This document shows, in pieces, positions 37,945-46,810 of a stretch of DNA of 64,000 nt. Where the stretch lies: IMG/VR virus record IMGVR_UViG_3300032285_004054, positions 1-64,000 of that record; one strand, given 5' to 3'. The position numbers and the translations under genes were made by a program. Positions within the stretch are counted from its first letter, which is position 1. The number at the start of each line of letters is the position of its first letter. The notes beneath the pieces are model-generated. The model was not told the DNA's origin, searched no databases, and saw nothing but the letters and a program-made list of their open reading frames with translations.

Positions 37945-39933
37945 TTATAAAATACCTAAAAGGTCTTCAAAAGATCCTTTTGTTTCGTCAGACATATTAT
38001 CTAGTATGTCTAAGTCTTCTAACTCTTTCTTTATCTTTTCGTCTGAATCAAACTTAGTACTATCCCCGTCATATTTTAATCCTTCTTGACGTGCAATGCC
38101 TCTCAGTGTTGTAAGAGGGTTATTACTAAAATCATAATAAACACGATATGATTTATCATTATTGAGAAGTTTTTTAGGAGAACCTACAAGACTGGAGAGT
38201 TGATTGTTAGCTATATCTATCATCGAACCGCCTATCTCTTCTGGTAACCCTTCTAAAGATCTTAAATGGTTATTTGTTAAAGCTATATTACCGCCAATTG
38301 TACTTGGTGCACCTTTTACGCTTGTTAATGATTTACACTTTCTTACTACTAGATCACCTGTAATTGTTGATGGACAACCTTCTAGGCTTTGTAAACTAAT
38401 ACAATCATCAATATATATACCAGGTATAGTAGCAGGTAGACCTTTTAAACTTGCAAGGTTTTTACAGTTACCAATAATATATTTTGTATCATTCCTGCCA
38501 CGTACTCTAATTTCTTGAGTTATACCTGTTAAGTCAAATATACCTAAATTGTCTAGTCGTACGCTACCTAAACAAGACTGAGGTAAACCTTCTAAACTTT
38601 TTAATCTCATGCAATCAGCTATAAAAATACTACCTTTAACAGGAACAGAAGCTCCTTTTAAATCTGTTATCTTTAAATTTCTTAATTCAAGTCTATGAGT
38701 ACTATAAGCACTATCAGGTTCTGCTTCAGCACAAGTTGCAGGCATTCCTTTTAAGCTAGTTATATTTGTTTCTTTACCGTCTATATCTATAGTACCGGTA
38801 ACAGCCATAGGTAAGAACGATAAATCATTTAATTGTTGAAAAGGTGTTTGTGTAACAATTTTAGAATTTTCTCTATAGCCATCTTTAGCATCATTAACAT
38901 CAAAAATAAAACTACCATCAACAATATAATTTTTAAACGAATACGGATTACTAAGTCCTACTTCAAAGTATCTTACATCACCTTTAATAACTTTATTACC
39001 TCTTTCTTCAACTACACGGAAGACATTTTCAATTAGATACTCATCTGTAACTTTTGTTCTATTTATTTTTGTATGTTGATTATACGAAGCGTATACTTTT
39101 AACATCGTATCTTTTACTTTAGCGATACTTTGTTTTGTTACACCTAAATCTTCTGGAGCAAATAGTTCATCAGTTCTATTAACAACCGGAAAACGTATTA
39201 CATATTTTATAGGTACTAAAGATTCTAAAAGATAAGGTGTATTTGTATCTCCGTAATCTCCAATATATCTAGTAATTTTTAAAGTACCTTTTGGTTTAAG
39301 AGTCTTTTCAGGTAACCTATTTCTTCTCATGAAGACTAGCTTACCTGGCAGTATAGGTTCAAACCCAGTTTTATTCTTAATGCTATCGTCTATTGTGTAA
39401 TCTTTTGTAGCTAGAATTATATTAACCCATTGACCGTTTTTAGCTTTTACTTCTAAAGGTTGATCAAGCCATTTAAAACCTATAATAGGGTTTGTTATAA
39501 CCTGTTTAACAGCTTCTTCTATATCAGGTTTAGATTCATAGTCAGTAGGTACGTTAGCATTATTAGCTGCTTGTTTGAATCCATAATCATGTGGATCAAT
39601 ATCTACTGTAGGATCGGTATACTTCTTAGCTACTTGTAAGTCTTTAAAAGGACCGAAGATGAATTGACTATGAATAGGTACAACAGCTCCATCTCCGAAC
39701 TTAATTGCAAACTTGGAATAAGCTCCTGGTACATTTTTATAACCTACAACTTCACCTACTTGGTTAAGATAGGGAAGAGCTTTCTTAGAGTGATAAGATA
39801 GATACCCCATTCCAGGAGCATCTCTAACGACAACTATATTACCGTTATTAAACTTAGCACGAGGAGGAGGCGCGATGTAATCATCGACCTTAAAAACCGG
39901 TACTGCTTCTTCGATGTACTCCTTAAAGGACAT
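37945..39933 (-). CDS. LRR-like repeat protein with capsid-targeting-like leader and C-terminal tag
   Basis: MSFKEYIEEA; L.SL.G.P..I.G repeats; ends MSDETKGSFEDLLGIL. Confidence 0.85.
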   Translation of the reverse strand: MSFKEYIEEAVPVFKVDDYIAPPPRAKFNNGNIVVVRDAPGMGYLSYHSKKALPYLNQVGEVVGYKNVPGAYSKFAIKFGDGAVVPIHSQFIFGPFKDLQVAKKYTDPTVDIDPHDYGFKQAANNANVPTDYESKPDIEEAVKQVITNPIIGFKWLDQPLEVKAKNGQWVNIILATKDYTIDDSIKNKTGFEPILPGKLVFMRRNRLPEKTLKPKGTLKITRYIGDYGDTNTPYLLESLVPIKYVIRFPVVNRTDELFAPEDLGVTKQSIAKVKDTMLKVYASYNQHTKINRTKVTDEYLIENVFRVVEERGNKVIKGDVRYFEVGLSNPYSFKNYIVDGSFIFDVNDAKDGYRENSKIVTQTPFQQLNDLSFLPMAVTGTIDIDGKETNITSLKGMPATCAEAEPDSAYSTHRLELRNLKITDLKGASVPVKGSIFIADCMRLKSLEGLPQSCLGSVRLDNLGIFDLTGITQEIRVRGRNDTKYIIGNCKNLASLKGLPATIPGIYIDDCISLQSLEGCPSTITGDLVVRKCKSLTSVKGAPSTIGGNIALTNNHLRSLEGLPEEIGGSMIDIANNQLSSLVGSPKKLLNNDKSYRVYYDFSNNPLTTLRGIARQEGLKYDGDSTKFDSDEKIKKELEDLDILDNMSDETKGSFEDLLGIL

Positions 39934-39945
39934 ACATTATTTAGC

Positions 39946-40434
39946 TTACTTTACAGAATAAATCCGATAAAGAATTCTAACAGGATCCTCTGACTTATCT
40001 TCAGCAATTTCGTGTAGATGTTGCTTTGTAAACTTGTCAAAGGCATGCTTGTCGGCGTAGTCCTTAATAAATTGCTTTAAAGAGTTGACATCTATTTCAC
40101 GGAACTTAGAAGGTGAGAAGTTTGTGATATCAAGATTGAATGCATCATCAATCTCGTCTCCTAAATCACGAATAATGTTACGTTGAAGACCTGTATTAAA
40201 ATGAGAATATAACTTCTTTTCAGACTTAAAAGGTCTGTAAGGAGCTTCATCTTCGTAGTCTTCAACTGTAGCTGTAGGAAGTGCTGTTTCAAGTACAGCG
40301 TTAAAGCTAGGTGTATTTTCCTTTAGGATCTTGGCGTACTTAGATTCCTTAAGAATATTACGCTCTTCATCAGTAAGCTTCTTTCCTTTTAGGAAATAGT
40401 CTTCAGCAAGTCTTTTGAGTTCTTTTTTATTCAT
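39946..40434 (-). CDS. hypothetical protein (probable internal head protein)
   Basis: Repeated ILKE/VLE motifs; in late block. Confidence 0.65.
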   Translation of the reverse strand: MNKKELKRLAEDYFLKGKKLTDEERNILKESKYAKILKENTPSFNAVLETALPTATVEDYEDEAPYRPFKSEKKLYSHFNTGLQRNIIRDLGDEIDDAFNLDITNFSPSKFREIDVNSLKQFIKDYADKHAFDKFTKQHLHEIAEDKSEDPVRILYRIYSVK

Positions 40435-40438
40435 ATGA

Positions 40439-41929
40439 TTATTCTCCTCCCTTCATGATCTTAACGACCTTAGGTAGTGTAGTCTTTAAGAACTTCTCCT
40501 TAATAGCAGGATCGTAATTCCAGTGTTGGAGGAATTCCATAGTACCTGCAAATTGCTTTGTAGGTAGATCTGTTCTAAGGTTAGTCCAAAGAATGGTTAC
40601 CCATTCAGGGTGTAGATGATTACTAAGTGTAGCTAATCCTGCGAGTATATCCAGGTCATCCTGTGTAGGTTCTTTACCTCCTGCTACATCATTTGTAACA
40701 ACTCTAACCTTATTAATGAAGAAAGATACGAGAGCATTAAGCTTGTTAATGTTAGACTTATCAACATATGAATCAGGATTAGCTAACATATGCTTAATAT
40801 CAAATGAACGAAGATGCTGAATGAATTCAACGAACTTAGCACCCCACTTCCAACCACACTTAGCAGAAGCATATGTATTGATAAGCTTGTAGAGACCTAC
40901 TTCATTAGCTCTACCGTTTTGCTCATCTTCGTAATACTTCTCGTAAATCTTCTTTAAGATCTTTGTTAAAGCTTTAAAGCTACGAGGTGAAGGAGCGCCA
41001 CTATTAGCTTTTGGCTTATAGATGAAATTCTCTTCAGGAGCTGATTTAACGAAAGCAACAATACGAGGATCAATCTTAGCGTGTTCGGCCCACTTAAGCC
41101 ATTCATGTGGATCAGCTACTAGTACACCGGCTGTAAAACGAGATGTTAAAGCTTCTTCAAGTTCATCATCTCTATCTGTTAGGTTACCAGCACCCATTAC
41201 AGCGATTTCACTACCTAATTGTTCGTCACCGATTTGACGTTCTTCAGAGTTAACAACGGAATAAAGAGACTGACGTACGTCTTGACGACCTTGATTAATT
41301 TCGTCAAAGAAAAGAATACCATCAGCTTCAGGACGAGTTACAAAAGCAATCCAGTCCATCTTTTTATACTGTAAGAAGTCTTCAGGTGATGTTAGATTAG
41401 GAATACCTGAGAAGTCAGAAGGTTCCAGACGCTTTGTTCTTACGTCAACAAGTACGAAATATTGTGTAGGGTTCTTGATATACTCAGCCTTTTGAGCTGC
41501 ACTTGATCTATTCCATTCAGCGAACTTTTTACCTTTTTGCTTAGATATAGCATCACCGATATTCTTAATAATAGCACTCTTACCGATACCAGGTTCACCG
41601 TATATAAGTAATGGTTCTTTTGTATCGTAGGATAAATTGACCATCATGTAGAAGGTCTTATAATCCATCTCAGGGAGATCTGTCTCCATATAAGGACGGA
41701 TAGCAGGGTCATCCATCGCACGAATATTGTCGAGATCAGGATTATCAACAGGTAGCTTAGGAGGATTTTGATTTAAGCTCTGTACTAAACCGGCTCCTTG
41801 TTGAGCAGTTTGTGCTGCTTGTGGATTTGAAGGAGCAGGAGCTGCAGCAGCTGCTTTTGGTTTAGGAGCTTCATTTAGTATGTTACTATAAGCTTCCTGT
41901 AAAGACATAATATCCTTAAAAAGTTTCAT
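40439..41929 (-). CDS. MoxR-type AAA+ ATPase
   Basis: GEPGIGKS, EP.DF.G.P, ILFFDEIN, AGN, AL.SRF, SPRS; TATAAATA upstream. Confidence 0.9.
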   Translation of the reverse strand: MKLFKDIMSLQEAYSNILNEAPKPKAAAAAPAPSNPQAAQTAQQGAGLVQSLNQNPPKLPVDNPDLDNIRAMDDPAIRPYMETDLPEMDYKTFYMMVNLSYDTKEPLLIYGEPGIGKSAIIKNIGDAISKQKGKKFAEWNRSSAAQKAEYIKNPTQYFVLVDVRTKRLEPSDFSGIPNLTSPEDFLQYKKMDWIAFVTRPEADGILFFDEINQGRQDVRQSLYSVVNSEERQIGDEQLGSEIAVMGAGNLTDRDDELEEALTSRFTAGVLVADPHEWLKWAEHAKIDPRIVAFVKSAPEENFIYKPKANSGAPSPRSFKALTKILKKIYEKYYEDEQNGRANEVGLYKLINTYASAKCGWKWGAKFVEFIQHLRSFDIKHMLANPDSYVDKSNINKLNALVSFFINKVRVVTNDVAGGKEPTQDDLDILAGLATLSNHLHPEWVTILWTNLRTDLPTKQFAGTMEFLQHWNYDPAIKEKFLKTTLPKVVKIMKGGE

Positions 41930-41945
41930 ATTAATCGTATATTAT

Positions 41946-43796
41946 TTATACGTCGACAGGGAATACTTTGCCCTTTTTCTCTAAAATGTCGTATCTACCA
42001 TCACCATTAACCATGAAAATTAGATTCTTTTGAGGGTTCTTAACTTCAGGTAATTGAGGATTATCTTCAACGTAACCGTCAGTGAAGTAAATGATATTAT
42101 CGACCTTTGTTATTTTTAAATGATCTAGTAATTTCTTAACACTTGACATTAAAGTGCCGCCTTCCTTAACAGGGAGCTGTTTAACCTTGGCCATAATAGC
42201 AGGTACAGATGATTTTTTACTATTTACAATCTCGTGATAATAAGCATTAACATTCCAAAGAATGAGCATTAATTCTACTTCCTTAAACTGTTTTAATAAC
42301 TGGAAAATATAACCAATATAGATGCTAAGCACTTCATCGTTAATAGAACCACTTGTATCGATAGCAATAATGGTTTTAACCTTCTCTTGCTCTTTTATAG
42401 TGCGTCCTTGATAAACAAGATTAGATGCTCCTCTACTACCTGTAGCAGCAGCCATTCTAATATTAGGCTTGGACATATCAGATCTTAGCTGATTAGAAGG
42501 TTTAATAACATCCTTTAAGATTTGTCTCCAATCTACTTTAACCTTTTCTTCACCGAACTTATTACGAAAACCGCCTTCAGCATTACCTCTGTTAGAGGCC
42601 TGTTGCTTAGCTCGATCAACCTTATTCCTCATATCGGCTTTCTTTTGAGCTTCAGTTGTCCCTGGTGCAGGCTGGTTCTTATTGTAGATAGGGTTATCTG
42701 AAGGCATATTAACTTGTCCCGGAGATCCCTTACCTGCTGTAATATGCTTATCGAGTTGTTCTTGTTTACCTGCTAGTGATTCTTTGAATGTAGTATCGTC
42801 TTTTAAGCCTTGGTCTTCTTTTTGTTGACCGCCTTGTCCCTGACCTTTACCTTGTTGTTGCTGTTGATCGTCTTGTCCTTGGCCCTGACCTTCTTGTTCG
42901 TTGCCTTGTTGACCTTGAGCTTGTTGATCACCTTGCCCAGGCTGTGGTTGCCCGCTTTGACCTTGACCAGGCTGTGGTTGCCCGCTTTGACCTTGACCTT
43001 GTTGAGAGTTGCCTTGTTGATTCTGATTCTGGTTACCTTTCTTCTTCTCTTGTTCGTTGTCGAGCTTCTCAAATACCTTGTAAAGCTCTTCAGCTGTCAT
43101 GTCGGTAATGTCTGTACCTGCTACCTCCATAGCATGTTCCATAGGAGGTAGTACCCAACGACCACCTTCCTGTAGCGGTAGACAGCCAATAGAAGGAAGT
43201 TTATAACCAGACTCAAGAATATCTCTATTCATGACGAAGTCAGTAGCAACGTTCCAGAGTGTATGATCTTTGCGACCTTTTCTAAAGAATGTATTATTAG
43301 CAATGTGAAGAGTCTCGTGTAATAGAACACCAATAACTTCTTCGTAAGAAAGCTGCTTTAAAGCAAAATTGGGATTAATATAGATATTCCCGTAATCATC
43401 TACACCCATTGTAGGTACATCGTATGTAACTACTGTTTTAAGATTCTGTAATAGAATACCATAGTAAGGAGCGCGCTTATAAAGTTCGTAACGTGCTCTT
43501 GTTAGAAGGTTATCGAGTCTTGTAAGCTCATCTGTAGAAAGTTCTTGATACTGATTCTCTTGAGAGTTAAGCGCGACATCGAGCTGTCTTTCAATTTCAT
43601 CAATCTGCTCATCAGACATCCCTTGTTTCTTTAATTCCTTTCTCTGCTTATCAGACATCTTATAAGGCTCACCAGGCTTTCTAGGGTTAGGATTTTCGTT
43701 AACCTCGGTTAATAGCCTACTTTGAGGTAATCTAGCTTCAAAAATCAATCTAGAATAGACACTCGAAAGCTGTTTGTCTTCTTTTCTATAGTACAT
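41946..43796 (-). CDS. metallopeptidase + VWA domain protein (DUF2201-type)
   Basis: T.GVD..G.IY.NP.F, HETLH, WN.A.D; Q/G linker; IDTSGSI, GGT, FTDG MIDAS. Confidence 0.9.
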   Translation of the reverse strand: MYYRKEDKQLSSVYSRLIFEARLPQSRLLTEVNENPNPRKPGEPYKMSDKQRKELKKQGMSDEQIDEIERQLDVALNSQENQYQELSTDELTRLDNLLTRARYELYKRAPYYGILLQNLKTVVTYDVPTMGVDDYGNIYINPNFALKQLSYEEVIGVLLHETLHIANNTFFRKGRKDHTLWNVATDFVMNRDILESGYKLPSIGCLPLQEGGRWVLPPMEHAMEVAGTDITDMTAEELYKVFEKLDNEQEKKKGNQNQNQQGNSQQGQGQSGQPQPGQGQSGQPQPGQGDQQAQGQQGNEQEGQGQGQDDQQQQQGKGQGQGGQQKEDQGLKDDTTFKESLAGKQEQLDKHITAGKGSPGQVNMPSDNPIYNKNQPAPGTTEAQKKADMRNKVDRAKQQASNRGNAEGGFRNKFGEEKVKVDWRQILKDVIKPSNQLRSDMSKPNIRMAAATGSRGASNLVYQGRTIKEQEKVKTIIAIDTSGSINDEVLSIYIGYIFQLLKQFKEVELMLILWNVNAYYHEIVNSKKSSVPAIMAKVKQLPVKEGGTLMSSVKKLLDHLKITKVDNIIYFTDGYVEDNPQLPEVKNPQKNLIFMVNGDGRYDILEKKGKVFPVDV

Positions 43797-43820
43797 GAAT
43801 ATATTATTTATTAAAAAAGC

Positions 43821-43895
43821 TGGAGCATCGGGTGAGAATCGAACTCACTATAAAGGGTTTTGCAGACCCTTGCCTGGCCAGTTAGCTTCCGATGC
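43821..43895 (-). tRNA. tRNA-Cys(GCA)
   Basis: Cloverleaf: GCATCGG/CCGATGC-U-CCA, anticodon arm AGGGT-CTGCAAA-ACCCT, TTCGA loop. Confidence 0.92.
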
Positions 43896-43896
43896 A

Positions 43897-44028
43897 TTAT
43901 TTTATAATTTTATGAAGAATTTTAGAAATAATCAATGCTAAAATTTTAACAGTATATACAAATAGCCCTAATGCAAGAAAAGGTAAGATCATTAGGCCGA
44001 AACCTACACCCTCATCAGCGGTGAGCAT
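43897..44028 (-). CDS. small membrane peptide (43 aa) between tRNAs
   Basis: ATAAATACTTAC-ATG; hydrophobic core. Confidence 0.55.
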   Translation of the reverse strand: MLTADEGVGFGLMILPFLALGLFVYTVKILALIISKILHKIIK

Positions 44029-44039
44029 GTAAGTATTTA

Positions 44040-44130
44040 TGGAGGAAGCGGAGGGATTCGAACCCTCGGAGGCGATAAAACCTCTGCAGTTTAGTAAACT
44101 GCTGCAATAGGCCAGCTCTGCCACACTTCC
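44040..44130 (-). tRNA. tRNA-Ser(ACT), long variable arm
   Basis: GGAAGTG/CGCTTCC-U-CCA; anticodon arm GCAGT-TTACTAA-ACTGC; variable stem GAGG/CCTC. Confidence 0.85.
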
Positions 44131-44137
44131 AAATACT

Positions 44138-44665
44138 TTATACTAAATCTTTAAAATAATGTCCTTGCTTATCCTTTTCAGATAATACAGGATATGGTAC
44201 ATCCCAGCTTATATTCAAATCCGGATCATTCCACATTAAAGTTTTTTCATATTCAGGATATCTAAAATCAGATACAAGATACTGAAACACTGCTTTTTCA
44301 GATTTTACATGAAAGCCATGAGCACAACCTTCAGGGACATAAATCAAAGTATCTCCTCTGAGTAACTGCGAGTCCCATTGACCAAATGTTGGAGAGTCTT
44401 TTCTTAGATCAACAAAAACATCTAATACAGTACCAGAACTAACCCAAACTAATTTTGCTTGAGGATGTTCAGATTGGTAATGTAGACCTCTTAAAACATT
44501 TTGTTTTGAAACACTACGATTCATCTGAACAAACTTTGTATCAATACCTAATACTGTACTAAAGTCTTGCAAATTCCAAGTTTCAGAAAATGAACCTCTA
44601 TCATCTTCATACACTTTTGGCTCAATAACCCAAGCCCCTTTTACTTTTGTTTCTTTGACTATCAT
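44138..44665 (-). CDS. rmlC: dTDP-4-dehydrorhamnose 3,5-epimerase
   Basis: DDRG.F.E, Q.N.S.S...VLRGLHYQ, QAKLV, DV.VDLR..SPTFGQW, G.AHGF. Confidence 0.95.
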   Translation of the reverse strand: MIVKETKVKGAWVIEPKVYEDDRGSFSETWNLQDFSTVLGIDTKFVQMNRSVSKQNVLRGLHYQSEHPQAKLVWVSSGTVLDVFVDLRKDSPTFGQWDSQLLRGDTLIYVPEGCAHGFHVKSEKAVFQYLVSDFRYPEYEKTLMWNDPDLNISWDVPYPVLSEKDKQGHYFKDLV

Positions 44666-45648
44666 TGCATCCAGGCCCTGTTTTTGAGTGTCCAGGCAAT
44701 TACATCTCTTAAAGAATCTTCAAAGTCTAATTCAGGTTTCCAACCAAGAGATTTTAGCTTTGAATCATCCAGAGCGTATTTCTTATCATAACCTGGTCGA
44801 ATTGCTGTCTCTTCTACGAGTTCAATCTTAGCAGGTATGTTCATAATGTGAGAGATCTTATCTACTAGATCAACGTTACTAATTTCATCATGACCTCCAA
44901 CATGATAACGATCAGGGAGCTCTTCAAAGTCTGCACTTGTATAAGGAGCTACCCATCTCTGCATTACAAAATTAATTGCCGAGCAAAGATTACGAACGTG
45001 AATATATTTTCTCGCACCAGACTTACCATTACTAGAATAGATAGGAATCGTCTTACCTTCGTAGATGTATTTGATTGTCTTCGGAATCATCTTCTCTACA
45101 TTTTGCATCTTACCAAACATATTTTGACAATTAATAATCGCTAAAGGTGTTCCATAGGTTCTCCAATAAGAGATAGCAATAGCTTCCTGACATGCCTTGG
45201 AAGCTGAATAAGGATTAGATGGGACAATCTTAGCCCATTCCTTATGAGGTACATCATAGTACTGACCATAGACTTCATCCGTAGAAAGATGAATAAACTT
45301 CTCTACATTCTTTCTCTTTGCGAAGTCTAATATATTAAGAATAAGATTTACATTGTTAAGAACAACTGAATCAGGATTTGAAATTGAACGATCAATAGCT
45401 GACTCACTTGCTATATTAACGATAATATCAACATCACCTATCTTAGTAGAAAGAACCGGTGAAATAGGTGTATTGAGATCGTGAGTGAAATGACTGAATC
45501 TTTCGTTCTTTGTAATTCTCTGAGAGTCGCCCATATGTCTGAGTGAGTCTAAACCAATTACTTCTACTGTCGGATCTTTTTCTAAAAGGTATTCTACAAA
45601 GTTTGCTCCAACAAAACCTGCACTACCTGTTACTAGTATTCGTTTCAT
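44662..45648 (-). CDS. rmlB: dTDP-glucose 4,6-dehydratase
   Basis: VTGSAGFVG, ASES.IDRSI, STDEVYG, P.NPYSASKA, RPG.D..YA.D. Confidence 0.9.
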   Translation of the reverse strand: MKRILVTGSAGFVGANFVEYLLEKDPTVEVIGLDSLRHMGDSQRITKNERFSHFTHDLNTPISPVLSTKIGDVDIIVNIASESAIDRSISNPDSVVLNNVNLILNILDFAKRKNVEKFIHLSTDEVYGQYYDVPHKEWAKIVPSNPYSASKACQEAIAISYWRTYGTPLAIINCQNMFGKMQNVEKMIPKTIKYIYEGKTIPIYSSNGKSGARKYIHVRNLCSAINFVMQRWVAPYTSADFEELPDRYHVGGHDEISNVDLVDKISHIMNIPAKIELVEETAIRPGYDKKYALDDSKLKSLGWKPELDFEDSLRDVIAWTLKNRAWMQ

Positions 45649-45651
45649 AAA

Positions 45652-46258
45652 ATCTAATTATATTGCACCAGGTGCTCAATCTAGGCGCTAAATTAAACTT
45701 TATTTAACCTCAATACTAATATTGTGTACCTCCGGTTTCACAACAGGTACCTTAACTCGTAGTAACCCGTCTGTGTATGTTGATGAGATGTTCTTAACGT
45801 CCGTATTGTCATTAAGCGTGAAGGACAATTGTCCCTTCCTACGGCTAATGCCTTTACGATGGAAGTGTATAGTCTCATCATGTTCGACCTCTTCCTTATT
45901 AACTGCAATCAAGAGTTTACCTTCCTTGACTGTTACGTTAATATTTTCCTTTCCTACGCCAGCCAATGCTACTTCGATGTAGTAGGTGACCGGATTACCG
46001 TCTGGATCGGTTTCTGATACGATGTTATAAGGATAGACTGCATTTGGAATATCAAATGCTTTATCGAAGTCCTTAAAGACATCACTTAGCCAGCTTTCAT
46101 TAAACAGAGCTGGGAGGTGGCTGTACCCCGCGCCCTGGGCAGGAACGAGCCTGCCGACTGTGTATGGTGTTATTGTTGTTGTCATATTTTTTCTCCTTTA
46201 TTAAGCGAGTTAATATGTTTGCTTTAGGTCTGATTGAGCACCTGAGCAAATATAATTA
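45652..46258. repeat. imperfect inverted repeat pair flanking hsp20
   Basis: Perfect core CAGGTGCTCAATC (45669-45681) / GATTGAGCACCTG (46232-46244), extending imperfectly to ~30 bp. Confidence 0.8.
45700..46185 (-). CDS. small heat shock protein Hsp20
   Basis: YPYNI, Y.IE.ALAG..K..I.V....L.I, GIS.R....F.L, DGLL.V.VP; AAGGAG SD. Confidence 0.93.
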   Translation of the reverse strand: MTTTITPYTVGRLVPAQGAGYSHLPALFNESWLSDVFKDFDKAFDIPNAVYPYNIVSETDPDGNPVTYYIEVALAGVGKENINVTVKEGKLLIAVNKEEVEHDETIHFHRKGISRRKGQLSFTLNDNTDVKNISSTYTDGLLRVKVPVVKPEVHNISIEVK

Positions 46259-46289
46259 TTCTATCTTTATAGAATAAATCAACAAAAAA

Positions 46290-46373
46290 TGGAGCCTGAG
46301 GTGAGATTCGAACTCACGGAGCTTGCGCGTCGGTTTACAAAACCGATCCTATTGGCCACTAAGGGACTCAGGC
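46290..46373 (-). tRNA. tRNA-Thr(TGT) with extended variable arm
   Basis: GCCTGAG/CTCAGGC-U-CCA; TCGGT-TTTGTAA-ACCGA; 12-nt variable region; TTGACT-17-TAATAT promoter upstream. Confidence 0.88.
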
Positions 46374-46417
46374 GTTATTGGTCTAATATATTATCTAATT
46401 AATAACCTTAAGTCAAG

Positions 46418-46780
46418 TTATTTTTCAAAATGTTCTTCTTTTAATTTAGCATTCCAAATCTTAGCATCCTCTACAGAGTTTGGATTTATATTTTTATAAT
46501 CACCTAAATGCCCTACAAGTAAATGGCAGATAATTCCGTAACTAGCACATTCACATAATGTAATAAGATTATCAGGGTCTAATTCTAAATCAGGATGTAA
46601 GTGAAATGGTTTGATATGATGTACGTTTAATTGTTTTGTACCTTCACATATAGCACATTTTGGGTTATTCTTAAGATGTTCTTTACGTGTAGCGGTCCAT
46701 TTAGGAGAACGCTTAGGTCCTCCTGCAGGTATTTTTCCTTTAGCTACATCTAGTGTATGATTTAAACGTGTCGAAGCCAT
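46418..46780 (-). CDS. HNH endonuclease
   Basis: RS.KW...R..HL..NP.CAIC, VHHI.P, NLITLC, CH. Confidence 0.9.
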   Translation of the reverse strand: MASTRLNHTLDVAKGKIPAGGPKRSPKWTATRKEHLKNNPKCAICEGTKQLNVHHIKPFHLHPDLELDPDNLITLCECASYGIICHLLVGHLGDYKNINPNSVEDAKIWNAKLKEEHFEK

Positions 46781-46810
46781 GTAAGTACTTATGTTCAAAG
46801 TACTTTAAAT

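Noticed and set aside
43897-44124. 75-aa ORF from the ORF track
   Set aside because: Its 5' half overlaps tRNA-Ser; only the part from ATG 44028 is plausible.
44040-44130. Reading the tRNA as an amber suppressor (CTA) with stop-codon recoding
   Set aside because: Stem symmetry puts ACT at 34-36 and CTA is off by one. TAG and TGA end many intact genes, and ORFs tile densely in code 11.
46290-46373. tRNA-Tyr(GTA) reading
   Set aside because: Centring GTA breaks the anticodon stem; TGT gives a perfect 5-bp stem.
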